In this document: piece by piece, positions 1 to 12,889 of the stretch
Layout: every line of letters starts with the position of its first letter
How positions within the stretch are numbered: the stretch's first letter is position 1
From: Vicugna vicugna
Lineage: Eukaryota
Direction of reading: 5' to 3'
NCBI GenBank assembly: GCA_013265495.1
Contig: MU058065.1
Location: 622,001 to 686,000, forward strand
DNA length: 64,000 nt
Position numbers and translations under genes: made by a program
Notes under the pieces: model-generated
The model's input: the letters and a program-made list of their open reading frames with translations, nothing else
The model's database searches: none
What the model was told of the DNA's origin: nothing

Positions 1-179
1 CAGCACAATTGACTTCTGGGCTGGACCATCCTGCTGTGCATTGTACGTTGTTAGCAGCCTCCATGGCCTCCACCTTACAGAGCTAAAGCACCCCCTGAGG
101 CAGCTGTGACCACCAAAAATGTCTCCAGACATTGTCAAATGTCTCTCAGGGGTGAAGTCACCCCTGGTGGAGAACCACC
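1..179 (-). mobile_element. MER20 (hAT-Charlie non-autonomous DNA transposon), truncated by window start
   Basis: Reverse complement reads GGTGGTTCTCCACCAGGGGTGAC...GACATTTGACAATGTCTGGAGACATTTTTGGTGGTCACAG, matching the recalled MER20 5' end. Confidence 0.85.
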
Positions 180-344
180 AGAAGGCAGTGAAGGTGGCGA
201 GATACAGAATCCGGAAGAGAAGGTACGAGAACATTGCTGTGTCCACCGGAGACAAAGACTGTGACTAGTGTAGAAGTACTTGGTGTCTCCTCTTTTATTT
301 CTTTCTCCTTTTTTCAAAACTGATGTTTTTATTTTTTAAACCAT

Positions 345-615
345 GTTTTATTATTTTTTTCATTTTATTCAGCTTTATTGAGGTACAACTGACAAATAAA
401 ATTAGAAGATATTTAAAGTGTGCATCCTGATGACTTGATATCAGCGTGCGTTCTGAAAGGATTCCTTCCTTCTAGTTAATTCACACACACACACCCATCG
501 CCCTGCCTATTTATCTTGTGTGTGTGAGAGAGCAAGTTGTACTCTCTTAGTAAATTTCACTGATGACATTAGTCACCGTGTCATACCTTAAATTCTCAGA
601 CTTTATTCATCTCAT
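345..615 (-). mobile_element. Old L1 (L1MA/MB-like) 3' UTR fragment
   Basis: T-rich tail followed by CAGCTTTATTGAGGTACAACTGACAAATAAAATT..., typical antisense L1M 3' end. Confidence 0.75.
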
Positions 616-1700
616 TGGGTGTTCTCCTGTTTTCTAAATAACACACTTTCATAGTTGGCGGGGGGGGTCTATCCTCACGTGTCTAGAATCACTGCAATTT
701 TAGGATACCTTTGAAATCCCCCCCCAAAAGACATCAAATACTTGTTCATATCCAAAACAAATATTTTCCAGGTGCTGTAGAAACAGGGTGTGTTTGAGCA
801 TGAAATCATTTACATGGTTGTTCTGGAAGGACTAGTTCTAAACTAACCACTTTGTTTTCTATTGGTTTTATCAAGTCCTACAACTCATTTTCTGACCAGC
901 ATCCAGGTGAGGTCCTAAAGCCCTGGAGCGAGCACCTGTGCGCTTTTGCATTTGGTCAATTGTGTAATAGTCTGATTGATGACATGTTTAACACTGAGCA
1001 CTATTTAAAACAAAAAATGACGGGCACGCTCCTCATCCCTAAAATGCTCACTTCTGAAGGCTGGTTTCTTTCAGAAGGTACAGGAGGCTGTGCCTGTGAT
1101 CATCAGAGAATCAGCCTCTCACCCCAAACATGATAGGGCAGGGGAGTCAGCTGGGAATTTTATTCCGTGCAGGGTGCTGAGTGAAACGGCATGGTCCAAG
1201 ACATCAGAGCCCAGGAATGAAGGAATATTGTAGAACACGCAGCAGCAGGGCCGAGAGCAGAGTTGACAGCATGAACCTTGAGTGCTTTCCCCCGAGGGCT
1301 GTGTTCTGTTTCCACAAAGCTCTCTCATAAGGCCAGCTCTGAAAGGTAGAAACGTGGACACAAGGGCACCGACTGGCCTTTGGTTTGAGAGTCAGCCACG
1401 GGGCTTCTATACAAACAGTTTCTGGGATTCCAGAGTGGTACTCGGAAACGGTTTTATAGGAGAGACAAATCATCCAGCTGCAGAAAATGCAACCTCACTG
1501 AAGCAAATAAACTTCTTTCCCTGACCAGGAGAATGTAATGAAGACCCAGAGGCTTAGCATCCTCCGGTGCTGCTGGTAGGGCCTCTGCATGTTGTTCATT
1601 TGCCAGATGACATTCCCTGCCAGGTTTGATGTGCTGAGACAGCCATACCTTTGAAGAGGAGGCCATAGTGCGCATAGGGGTAAGAGGATGACTGTGTGTG

Positions 1701-1784
1701 TTTTTTAGAGGAGGTATTGGGGATTGAACCCAGGACCTTGTGCATGCCAAGCATGTGCTCTACCACTGAGCTATACCCACCCCC
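1701..1784 (-). mobile_element. tRNA-derived SINE, camelid Vic-1-like
   Basis: Minus strand GGGGTGGGTATAGCTCAGTGGTAGAGCACATGCTTGGCATGCACAAGGTCCTGGGTTCAATCCCCAATACCTCC plus A-rich tail; Pol III A and B boxes present; close to the copy at 49141. Confidence 0.88.
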
Positions 1785-2789
1785 AAGGCTGTTTTTATTC
1801 GACTGTTCATCTCTTATATTCACACCTGAGATCAGAAGCCCACACCTTGCTTGGCTTTTCCAAAATAATGACTCTAATCAAACACCAAACAGAGCTGTGA
1901 CATCTCACCTTTGAGAGGTAGGCAGAGGGGCATACATCATAACAATAAGGTGAGAGAAAGAAGTAATTATAATAATATTAAATGTTATTGCCACCAGCCA
2001 GAGAGAAGTTCCGTGGGATGAACTGACTTGAGCACCACTCATGATGTGATCAAAATGCAATTTAACTTTATGTGTCTATTTTTTCAGTTGTTCATTTGTA
2101 TTTTAGAAGTGTAGTCACTGGCAGTAACTGCCTTACCCCGACATGAAAACCCCAAGAGTTCCATGAGTTTGCTGCTCACTTTTGTTCCTGTAGTCACTCT
2201 ATGTCACACAGCCTTAATTTAGAAAGTGGAATGTTCTGTCCAAGATATTAATCAAAACTGTAGCTTGTTATGACTTCAAATATCAAATATTCTTCTTTCC
2301 CAGTTTAGACCTGCTTCTGGTTGGAAATCTACAAAGGGCAGTGAGGTCAGGGTTTAGGGTGCATGCCATTCACTCTCTATTTTTTGTAGTGAAGTCCCTC
2401 CGCTCCCTCCAGAAGCTTACCATCTAGTGTCCATCACAGCAGTAGGGGAAACAGAGGAAAAGTCTTACGTGAGCTAGACCTCTCCTTAACAGGCCTTGAG
2501 CTTTCTAGGTTTAACAGATGGTTAAGGTTGTCTTTTTCCTCAAGAGTCTTTTGCGTGGATATTCATGGGACCCTACTCCTACAGTCCCCTTGATCTAAGC
2601 AGATACATCTTTACTTAGGATGGTAGATTACAAAGCTTGACAGCACCCAGGGGCATGGCAATTATTTCTGCATTCTTTTTCTCATACCCTTGACCTATCA
2701 AGTTGTTTTTGTTAGGACTTAAGAGTTCCTCCTTGGTTCTCTCTCCCATGTAGCATGTATTAACAAGACACATGTTTCCTTACTCCGGT

Positions 2790-5700
2790 GTATAGGCAGG
2801 TCCAGCCCAGGGCAGCTACTTCATGCCTCTGGGCCTTTCTCAGTCATGAGTCAAGTTGAGCCCACATTTTATCCACATTTCATGACTCTGAGTCATTACA
2901 TGGTCACCATTCTCTAGGTTTGGAACAGATGGGACACCACCACCATCTGAGAAAGGATGAGTACCACAGCCAGCAACAATTTTCTCCCAAAACAATTCTT
3001 CAGTACCTTTGCTTTTCATTCCCTCTGTAAAGATGTCCATATTCTTGAAGAAAATCAAGAGATGAAAGAGTCATGCAATAGATTCTTCCCATTTTCTTAG
3101 TAAAGTCTATTTATGGAAAATTCCTTCACATACACTTTATTATCTGATGTTGATTTTCTTGGGGCCTCATTCAAAGCTAAGTCAGAAGAAGCCCCATTTT
3201 AACCTTCTGTTAAATTTGTAAAAGAAAATTGTGCCTAAGTAAAATTGCAAAGAAAATAAAGCTCATTTTCTGTAGTCTTCCATCCTTGGTCTCATGAACC
3301 CTCTTCCTCCATATTTTTTTTTATTAGATCTTTACATCAGGAAACATGGAACCCACGGTGCTCAACACAAGGCAATACTCCACTACCATTTCCAACAACA
3401 GACTTTCTAAACGTTTTATATCTCTGTCACAAGACACTTACCCTAAAAATCCGGCTCCGTACAGGCCAAGAGATAGTCACTACTAAGTTTGCTTCTTGTG
3501 CCAAACACTATGCAGAGTTCTAGATGCAGAAAGTGACAAAAACAATTTCATACCTTAGAAGAGTTCAAGGTTTTTTCTAGTTCTTTTCATTATAATATGA
3601 AACAATACATAGTTTTGCCAGTATATTTTGTTCAACATGAAAGTTTATTTTTACAAAAGTCGGGTATTCATAGTATATATTGTGATGTAGGTCATAATAA
3701 CTGAATCTAAATATTGAGTTTGGATATGCGAGGTGGGACAGAGTAGAAAATGCTCTTTTAGGTCAGAGGCTAGCTGATGCCACTGAAAAGATCCCTGTTT
3801 ACTACAAACCATGAAAAATTTTAACTTCTGTGTATTTTATTTCACAAGACAAATTCAGGGAAATAAATATTTCTACTCAAATTCCCAAATAGTACTGAAA
3901 GAACACCCAATGAATGGGGTTATCATGGTATACAATAAAAATCTCTCTTTAAAAAATTGTCATTCACGTTTTAATCCTTTCAATGTCACCCCAAATTCCA
4001 GTACTAGTAACTCAGAAAATTTAACAACCTCTGGTCCATTTATTATTAAAGAAAACATTATAAACTCATTCAGATTGAGCTGCTAATTGTTGATTTTAAG
4101 GTTAATGGTTGACATTACTTTTTCTTAACCTTCCAGGACGACATTTGCATTTTATGCTTTTTTAAAAACTCAAATGTCCTTAAACCTGAAGGACATGGTT
4201 AGATAAATATTTGAGAAACCATGTCAAAGCCAGCTATGACAATTTTTTGATAGGGCGACTACAAGTACTAGACAATCTGCCCACTAAAGAAACACACCTA
4301 AATCTAGCGTTGGTCCACGGGATGCTGACAATAGAGAATATACATGGGAAAATGAAAACAGAGGTTATTCGAAGGACAGCTTTTTACTGCACCATCTCTT
4401 TAAACAGGACCATATCTTAGCCAATAAAGATCAGTTACTGAGGATCTAAATATTTAACTGTTCTTTTCTGAAAAGATGTAACATTGAACTTTTAAGATGT
4501 GATGCTTTGGCTTTGAGGCCACTTTTCATTTGAGAAATTAGCTCATGATGTTCTGCTGAATTGGGGACAAAATATGAAGAACTGAAACATGATTGGTCAA
4601 GAATGACCAAGAATTGATAAAACTCCATCTGGTTCAGGCTCTAACATGTGGCCCTTCCCCAGAGAAAGTCCGAAGATAAACTCTCTCCTCCTCACACTGC
4701 TCCCACCACAAGCTGCTAAAGTGCATGGTGTCGAGTAAGGATTCTTTTTTTCAGTGTCTTGACAAACTATGTTGGAGCTTGCAGCAAAAGGAATAAGATG
4801 CACCATTATAAATATTTAGCAAAATCTCCTACCATGATTTAAGCCAAATAGAAAAAATTAAAAACTCCACAATCAAAACAATGACTATATATAAAGCTCT
4901 GAATTGCCCAATCTGTTCACCATGGTCAAACCTCATAAACCAGCCCCGTGGTAGAAGCCAAAGGCTCAGAACTCAGCTGATTGGAAATGACTGTTCCCAT
5001 TGCCCAATAATGCAGAGTCATAAACAACAACAGCCTGCCTTAATTTAAAATTCTGATATTTCATTCAACATGGATTTTCAAAAATATCACAATGAAGTAT
5101 TATATATCTTGATTACGGAGTGTTTTGAAGACTCTTTTTGCATCTGAAGTGAGTACATCACTCACCTCATCTTAATTCTGGATCCTAGTTTGTTTCGATC
5201 TGTGTCTAGATCAGTGAAAACAAACAAACAAACAAATAAGCAAACATAACCACAAAAACCTGCCTGCAGAGCCAAAGGGTGTCTCTCAGTGGAAATTTCA
5301 TGTCGAGTCTCTAGAGGAAGATGCTTTGTCTTGGTCAAGGAATAATACATGTCTTGTAATGAATGAGAACTCTGAATCCTTATCCAGATAGAATGATCAT
5401 AAAATGGGCAGAAGAAACTGAAAGCAAGTGGCAAAAATGGCTGTAAAGACACTAAAGGCAATTTAAAAGATTTTAAACAGTAATTATATATATATGTGTT
5501 TGTGTGTGTGTGTGAGTGTATATCTATATATATATATAATTTTTTGAAGCAGACTTTTGTAATTGAGAATAATTTTCAGAGGTAAGTGAAGACTGAGGGC
5601 AGGTTTCCTATCTCTGACCCTAATTTAAGACTTTCCAATCTTCCTTTCTTAGCTTCTGATGCCAAGCTACCTGATAAATATTTTATGTCGAACACAGGTC

Positions 5701-6000
5701 AGATTGTCTAAACTTTGTAGAAAATTATTTTCCAAATTAAAAAGAAAAATAGAAGACTAAAATATTGCACAATAAATTTAACCTGAGATTGCCTGGAAAC
5801 TTTTTTTGAATATTTGATATACAATGATGTTCAGAAGTGAGATCCACAATCAGAATCCATCAATGTCATCAAGGAATATTATTGAACCGGCAAAGCTGTT
5901 TTCTAGAATGATAATATAAAAAAGTGGAGGTGATACCATAAAATCTACTTACATTGCCATGTTCCTTTTTTATACCTATTACCCATAAAGTAATGTATAT
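2790..6000 (-). mobile_element. Degraded Ty3/gypsy-like pol: RT C-terminal half, RNase H, integrase (MamGyp-int-like fossil)
   Basis: Ordered minus-strand motifs: FYGITSTF 5943-5920; IIFLDDI 5882-5862 (YxDD); SLQPFLPL from 5449; AKRVFKTLRN ~5141-5112; VVYDSA/YWAMGTVISNQ 5034-4977; TNH 4597-4589; YW..RD..VKSCP 4426-4373; PW 4320-4315; NGPE 4040-4029; YH 3930-3925; VLPCVE 3378-3361; GDHV 2908-2897; *ERP..GPAY 2842-2792. Many stops and frameshifts. Confidence 0.7.
3485..3570 (-). mobile_element. L2 fragment inserted in the gypsy integrase region
   Basis: TGTGCCAAACACTATGCAGAGTTCTAGATGCAGAAAGTGACAAAAAC resembles the antisense L2 3' region. Confidence 0.45.
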
Positions 6001-6092
6001 TTTTACTATATTTCTATTTCTAGTAAGTTTAGTTTTACTACATTTACAATCTTCCATTTAAATATTTTTTAGAGTTTTGAATATATTTGATT

Positions 6093-6279
6093 TCTTAAAA
6101 TTGTGATAAAGAACATTAACATAGAACTTATTATCTTAGCTATATTTCTAAAACTGTAGTCAAGTAACATTAAGTATATTCATATTGTTATATAATCAGT
6201 CTCTAGAACTTTTTCATCTTGCACAACTTAAACTCTATACCCATTAAACAGCAACTCCCCATTTCCCTCCCCCCAGTCC
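6093..6279 (-). mobile_element. Old L1 (L1MA10/L1MB-like) 3' terminal fragment
   Basis: CTCTAGAACTTTTTCATCTTGCACAACTTAAACTCTATACCCATTAAACAGCAACTCCCCATTTCCCTCCCCCCAG matches the antisense L1M 3' UTR. Confidence 0.8.
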
Positions 6280-8785
6280 AAGCCGAATGCAACAACACAT
6301 AAAAAGGATCATACACTATGATCAAGCTGGGTTCATTCCAGGGTCACATGGATGGTTCAACATATTCAAATGAACTAATGTGATACACCACATCAACAAA
6401 AGAAAAGACGAAAACCATATTATCATCTCAACAGATGCAGAAAAAGCATTTGATAAAATTCAGCATCCACTCATAATAAAATTCTCACCAAAGTGGTTGT
6501 AGAGGGAACATATCTCAACATAATAAAAGCCATTTATGACAAACTCACAACCATCATAATATTAAATGGTTAAAAGCTCAAGGCCTTCCTGCTAAATTCT
6601 GGAACAAGACAAGAATGTCTACTCTCACCACTTCTATTCAACATATTATTGAAAGTCCTAGCCACAGCAAGCAGACAAGAAAAATAAATAAATGATATCT
6701 AAATGAGAAAGGAAGAGGTAAAATTTTCTTTATATGCAGATGATATCATACTCTATACAGAAAACCCTAAAGATTCTACACAAAAACTATTAGAACTGAT
6801 AAATGAATTCAGCATGGCAGCAGAATACAAGACTAGTATACAGAAATATGTTGCATTTATTTACACTAACAATGAAGTATCAGAAATAGAACATTAAAAT
6901 TTTTCTTTTAAAATAGCATTAAAAAGAAAAACACCTAGAAATAATCCTAACCTAGGAGTTGAGCAACTTTTATGCTGAGAACTACAAAACATTGATAAAA
7001 GAAATTGAAGGTGATTCAAATAAATGGAAAGATACCCCATGCTCTTGGATTGGAAGAATTAATATTGTTAAAATGACCATCTATACAAATTAATCTACAG
7101 ATTTAATGCAATCTCTATCAAATTACCCATGACAGTTTTCACAGAACAAGAATAACCCTAAAATTTATATGGAGCCACAAGAGACCTAGAATTGCCAAAG
7201 CAATCCTGAGGAAAAAGAACAAAGTTGGAGGCATAACTCTCTCAGACTTCAGATAACACTACAAAGCTACAATAATCAAAACAGTGTGGTATTGGCACAA
7301 AAACAAACATATGAATTAATAGAATAGAATAGAGAGCCCAGAAATAAACACACACATCTTTGGCCAATTAATCCTTGACAAAGGAGGCAAGAATATACAA
7401 TGGAGAAAACACAGTCTATTCAGCAAATGATGTTGGGAAAGCTGGACAGCTGCACGTGAATCAATGAAATTAGGACACTCCCTCAGACCATAAACACAAA
7501 TTAAATAAAAATGGCTTAAAGACTTAAATATAAGACACGACACCATAAAACACCTAGAAGAGAACTTGGGCAAAACATTTTCTGACAAATCATAGTAATA
7601 TTTTCTTACGTCATTTTCCTAAGGCAATAGAAATAAAAGCAAAAATAAACACGTGGAACCTAATCAAACACATAAGCCTTTGCACAGCAAAGAAAACCTT
7701 AAACAAATGAAAGACAGCATACAAAATTGGGAGAAAATATTTGCAGTTGGTGTGACTGATAAGGGCTTAATTTCCAAAATACGTAAACAGATCATACAGC
7801 TCAATAACAAAAAACAACAAGCAAATCAAAAAATGTCAAAAGGCCTAAATATATATTTCTTCAGACATACATGTGGCCAACAGGTACATGAAAAGGTGCT
7901 TAATAATGCTAATTTTTTAGAGAAATTCATCAAAACTACAATGAGATATCATTTCACACAGATCAGAATAGACATCATCAAAAAGTCTGAAAATAATAAA
8001 TGCTAGAGAGGGTATGGAGAAAAGTGAACTTTCCTACACTGTTGGTGGGAATGTAAATTAGTGCAGCCACTCTGGAGAACATTATAGAGGTTCCTTAAAA
8101 AGCTAAAACTAGAGTTACCACGCCATCTTGCAATCCTATTCCTGGACATATATCCAGAATAGACAAAAAACTAATTGGAAAAGGTACATGCATCCCAACG
8201 TTCATAGCAACACTATTTACAACAGCCAAGATATGTAAGCAATCTAAATGTCCATTAACAGATGAATGGATAAAGATGTCATGTATATATACAGTAGAAT
8301 ACTATTAAGCCATAAAAATGAAATAATGCCATTTGCAGCAACATGGATGGACCTAGAGATTATTATGTTAAGTGTAGTAAGTCAGACAGAGGAAGACAAA
8401 TATCATATGATATCACTCATATGTGGAATCTAAAAAAAGTGATACAAATAAACTTATTCACAAAACAGAAACATACTCACACCCATAGAAAACAAACTTA
8501 TGGTCACCAGAAGGGAGAAGCGGGGAGACGGATAAATTAAGTATTTAGGATTAACAGATACACACTACTATACATAAAATAGATAATCAACAAAGATCTA
8601 CTGAACAGCACAGGGAAGTATATTCAATATCTTGTAATAACCTATAATGGAAAAGAATCTGAAAAAAATGTATACATAAAACTGAAAATAAGTATATATC
8701 TGTATATGAATCACTTTGCTGTGCACCTGAAACTAGCACAACATTGTAAATCACCTATACTTTAATAAAAATAAAACATAACAAA
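6280..8785 (+). mobile_element. L1 (artiodactyl-type), 3' half of ORF2 plus 3' UTR, inactive
   Basis: [35 protein letters not shown] and YADDIILY (ORF 6703-6897), C-terminal ORF2, 3' UTR ending AATAAAAATAAAA; stops and frameshifts throughout. Confidence 0.95.
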
Positions 8786-8789
8786 GTTG

Positions 8790-10120
8790 TCAAAAAGAAG
8801 GTATTGCACTTAATAATCAGTAAGGCACCACTCTAACTCAGCAAATTAATACATACATGTATACCAATTATGTCCAACACTATTTTTAGTGTCTCTTCAC
8901 TCTGTGACTCCATAGTGCAAAATTTGCTCTTACATAGAAAAATAATCCAGCTATACATGGGTTAGATAATAAAGCAAGAGAGTCTAGGTGAATATTATTA
9001 GAAAAAAATGTAAGTAAACACAAGTGAATATGGTAGAGTTTTACAAATTTGATAATTAGATAGAAAAAATGATAATCTCATACTTTAAGAATTTACCAAA
9101 CGCAAAGGATAACTAGTACAAAATTCTGTGATGGAAGAGTTTTGGCTAATAGCACTACAATTCAAAAGAAGGAGATACAGGTTTGCTCTAATGAATCTTA
9201 TTATGAAAATTGCTCTCATAAAATCCTTTGTGCTTATAGAACAACAGACAAAGACTATTCTTCCTTAGGTTACCACAGTCTGATGCTCAGATTTCTTGGT
9301 GTCTAACTTGTCAACACAGAACCCTCACTATCTCAAAGATAATAGCATCACCCCTCCCCTTTGCTTTTACTGTCTACTAGTAAGGTGCCCTGTTTTCTCT
9401 CTCTGTGGGAATGCTAAAATAAAAGCACTACACAAAGAGTAATCACTTCAAACTGAAATCATCTCTCATTCATGGGCCTTCAGAATACAGACAGCTTGGA
9501 TATTCTTGTGAACTAGCTCCCTGAGAAACAGAAAATAGAAGATGTGCTGACAGTACTAGTAAGGTATCACTTGATTTAAAAAAAGTCAGGGTCTTAGCAG
9601 TTAGTGTCCTGCTAGGACACTTCTTGCAGTTGAAGAGTCTCACAAATTTGAACCTCTTTCTACTTTTAACTTTAACAACACTGTTACTTCAGAGTATTTT
9701 TAGCCTGCTGCACCTTCATGGGATTTTAAATAACCTTTTTTTTCTGTCTTCTTGGAATCAGGGTCTGAAGTTCCAATACGGGGACAAAGTGAGCCAGAGA
9801 GAGTCAGAAATTCCAAGAACAGAAAGCAGACAATCCAGCCTATTATAGTCAGATCCTCAGTCAGCCTCAGTGAGTACATGCAAAACACCGGCAAGGAAAG
9901 CTTCCTTTGGAATAACACACCACCAAAAAAAAGTAATAAAACATATTATTAGGAATGAAAGGTTTTGGATTCTCCTCTAGTAAGCTATGTTAATAAGACA
10001 ATATGTTATCCTCTGTCCCTGAAGTTCTGAAAATGCCCACAGCAAAGCAATCTCCTCTAATCCTGCAGACTGACTGATCCTTCAAAGGACCCCATAAAAT
10101 TCTAATCTAAAAATATGACT
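8790..10120 (-). mobile_element. Degraded gypsy-like protease and RT N-terminus (continuation of 2790-6000)
   Basis: LQGQRITYCLINIA 10024-9983 (three single-base changes from LIDTG); EDLTIIGW ~9860-9837; SSITEFCTSYPLRLV 9138-9094 (cf. SxSxWxSPxxLV); VLDIIG 8880-8863 (cf. LDLxxG). Order is colinear with the downstream RT. Confidence 0.5.
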
Positions 10121-10124
10121 TACA

Positions 10125-12338
10125 TTGAAAGGGAGAAAACTGCAAACTAGGATGCTCTACACAGTAAGATTATCATTTAGAGAGAGCTGAAGGAGAGATA
10201 AAGAACTCCCCAGGCAAGGAAAAAAACTAAAAGTTTATCAATACTAAACCTACCCTAAAAGAAATGTTAATAGCTCTTCTCCAAGTTGAAAAGAATTAAG
10301 ACTCTAGAAAAGAGAAAACTTCATTAGGAAAGGCATATATATAGTAAGGGCTGAGGATCAACCACATAAATAAGCTAGTACAAAGAATAAAGAGCAAAAC
10401 ATTGTAAAAGGAACTAAAACTACAATAAACAGTTAAGATATAAACATGAAAAAGTCAACGATGATCTCAAAAACACAAAATGTGGAGGAGAGGAGTAAAA
10501 AATGCAGAGCTTTTAGAATGTGTTTGAACTTAAATGACTACTAATTTAGAACAAGTAGAACTATTTATAGGTCAACATATATGAATCCTATGGTAACCAC
10601 AAATAAAAAATCTACAATAGGCACACAAAAACTAAAAAGAAAGGAACAAAAGCATACCACTGAAAAAATTCATCAAACCAAAAGGGAAGAAATCAAAAGA
10701 AATGAATCAAGAAGAACTACATACAACTGGAAAACAAGTATTAAAATGACAGTAAGTAATATCTATCAATAATTACTTTAAATGTCAATAGACTAAATTC
10801 TCCAATGAAAAGACACATAGTGGTTGATTGGATTGAAAAAAACAAAAACAAAATCCCCAAAACAAGACTCATCTATATGCTGCCTACAAGAGATTCACTT
10901 CACAACTAAAGACACGCACAGACTGAAAGTGAGAGGATGAAAAAAGATATTTCATGCAAATGGAAACAGCAAAAAAGCAGGGGCGGCAATATTCATATCA
11001 GTTAAAATAGACTTTAAAACAAAGGCTGTAAGAAAAGACAAAGAAGGACATTATATTATGATACAGGGATCAATACAAGAAGCAGATATTACACATGTTA
11101 ATATATGTGCACTCAATACAAAAGCACCTAAATATATAAAGCAAATATTAACAGGCACAAAGGGAGAAATAGATAATAATACAATAATAGTAGTGGATTT
11201 TAACATCCTATTTAAATCAATGGACAGAGCATCCAGATAGAAAGTCAATAAGGCAACAGTGGTCTTAAATAACTCAATAAACCAGTTGAACTTAGTAGAT
11301 ATCTACAGGACATTCCAACCAAAAGCAGCGGAATACACATTTTTTTCCAAGTGTTCAAAATGTTCTCCAGGATAGGTCATGTGCTAGCCCAAAAAATGTC
11401 TTTATCAATTTAAGAGGATAGAAACTATACCAAGCAATTTTTTCACCACAACAGTATGAAACTAGAAATCAGTTACAGAAAGAAAAATGGAAAAAGCACG
11501 AATACATGGGTACTAAACAGTATGCTACTGAAAAACCAATAGGTCAATGAAGAAATCAAAGAGGAAATCAGAAAATAACTCAAGACAAATAAAAATGGAA
11601 ACACAACTTTCCAAAACCTATGGGATGCGGCAAAAGCAATTCTAAGAGGGAGGTTTACTACAAAACAGTTTCCTCAAGAAACAAGAAAAATCTCTAGTAA
11701 ACAGTCTAACCTATTGTCTAAAGGAATCAGAGAAGGAAAAACAAAGCCCAAAGTCAGCAGAAAGAAGAAAATAATAAAGATCAGTGGGGAGATAAATAAA
11801 ATAGAGACCAACAAATAGAAAAAGTAAAAACCAAGAGCTGCCTCTTTTTGCAAAGATAACTGAAATTTATAAACCTTCAACTGGGTTCACCAAGAAGAAA
11901 AGAGAAAACACAAATAAATAAAATGAGAAACGAGAGAGGAGAAGTAACAACCAACACCACAGAGATACAAAAAATATAAGAGAATATTATGAGCAATTAC
12001 ATCCTAACAGATCGGACAACCTAGAAGAAACGGACAGATATCTAGAAACTTGCAACCTGCCGAGACTGAATCAAGAAGAAACAGTCTGAACAGACCGATC
12101 ACTAGTAGTGAAACTGAATTTGCAATAAAACCTCCTAGCAAACAAAACCTACAAGACTGAATGGCTTCACAGGGCAACTCAACCAAATACACAAAGAAGG
12201 GCTAATACTTACCCTTCTCTAATTATTCCAAAAAATTAAAGAGGGTTGAATGCACCCCAGTTCTTTCTACAAGGCCACCATTACGTTGATACCAAAACCA
12301 GGCATAGACAGTACCAAAAAAATAAAAATTAAAAAAAG
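10125..12338 (+). mobile_element. L1: ORF1 C-terminus, inter-ORF spacer and 5' half of ORF2 (endonuclease), inactive
   Basis: LKGRKLQTRMLYTVRLSF (ORF1 end), SIITLNVNRLNSPMKR (EN start ~10765), ORF 11058-11240 containing IIVVDFNI; ends at IPKPGIDSTKK. Confidence 0.95.
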
Positions 12339-12339
12339 G

Positions 12340-12675
12340 ACCACTACTTTGTTCTCTGTATCTAAGTATTTGTTTTTGTTCGCTTAGTTTGTCATTTTTA
12401 AAAAATTTATTTTCATATTGCCCATGTGAGTGAAATAATATGATATTTGTCATTCTCCATCCAACTTATCTCACTTAGCACAATACTCGATGTCTATCCA
12501 TGTGGTCACATATGGCAAGATTTCATCTTTTTTTTTTATGGCTGATTATCACTCCATTGTATGTAAGCCACATCCATTTATCAATTGATGGGCACTTATA
12601 TTGTTTCTGTATCTTGGCTATCATAAATAATGTTGTGATGAACATAAATTTGCATATATCTTTTCAAATCACTGT
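12340..12675 (-). mobile_element. L1 3' UTR / ORF2-end fragment (antisense)
   Basis: TCTCACTTAGCACAATA...TCCATGTGGTCACATATGGCAAGATTTCATC...TATCTTGGCTATCATAAATAATGTTGTGATGAACAT. Confidence 0.85.
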
Positions 12676-12759
12676 TACCTTACAAAATATGCTGAATTTT
12701 CCCTTAATAGCATTTCTAATTATAAATTAACTTTAAAGAAATTTATTCAGATTCTAATT

Positions 12760-12880
12760 CTCCTATTAGAAAATCTATTAGGCCAAGGACTTTAGTATTC
12801 AGTTTATGTCTGTAACCTTAGTGCTAGCTCAGTGCCCGATGGATTATAAATGCACAGTAAATAGTTGATAAATAAATGAG
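12760..12880 (+). mobile_element. L2 3' end
   Basis: AGTGCTAGCTCAGTGCCCGA...CAGTAAATAGTTGATAAATAAATGA is a typical L2 terminus. Confidence 0.6.
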
Positions 12881-12889
12881 AAAATGGTC

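Noticed and set aside
1701..1784. Functional tRNA gene (also 49141-49213)
   Set aside because: Acceptor stem pairing is imperfect, an A-rich retroposon tail follows, and two diverged copies occur; these fit SINEs.
2396..2410. Polypurine tract and 3' LTR of the gypsy fossil
   Set aside because: A purine run exists on the minus strand, but I found no TG...CA LTR and no matching second LTR.
6280..12338. Long-range translocation of the whole block via a circular intermediate
   Set aside because: The spacer 8790-10120 appears colinear with the gypsy fossil at 2790-6000, which suggests local origin; only a local rearrangement is retained as a hypothesis.
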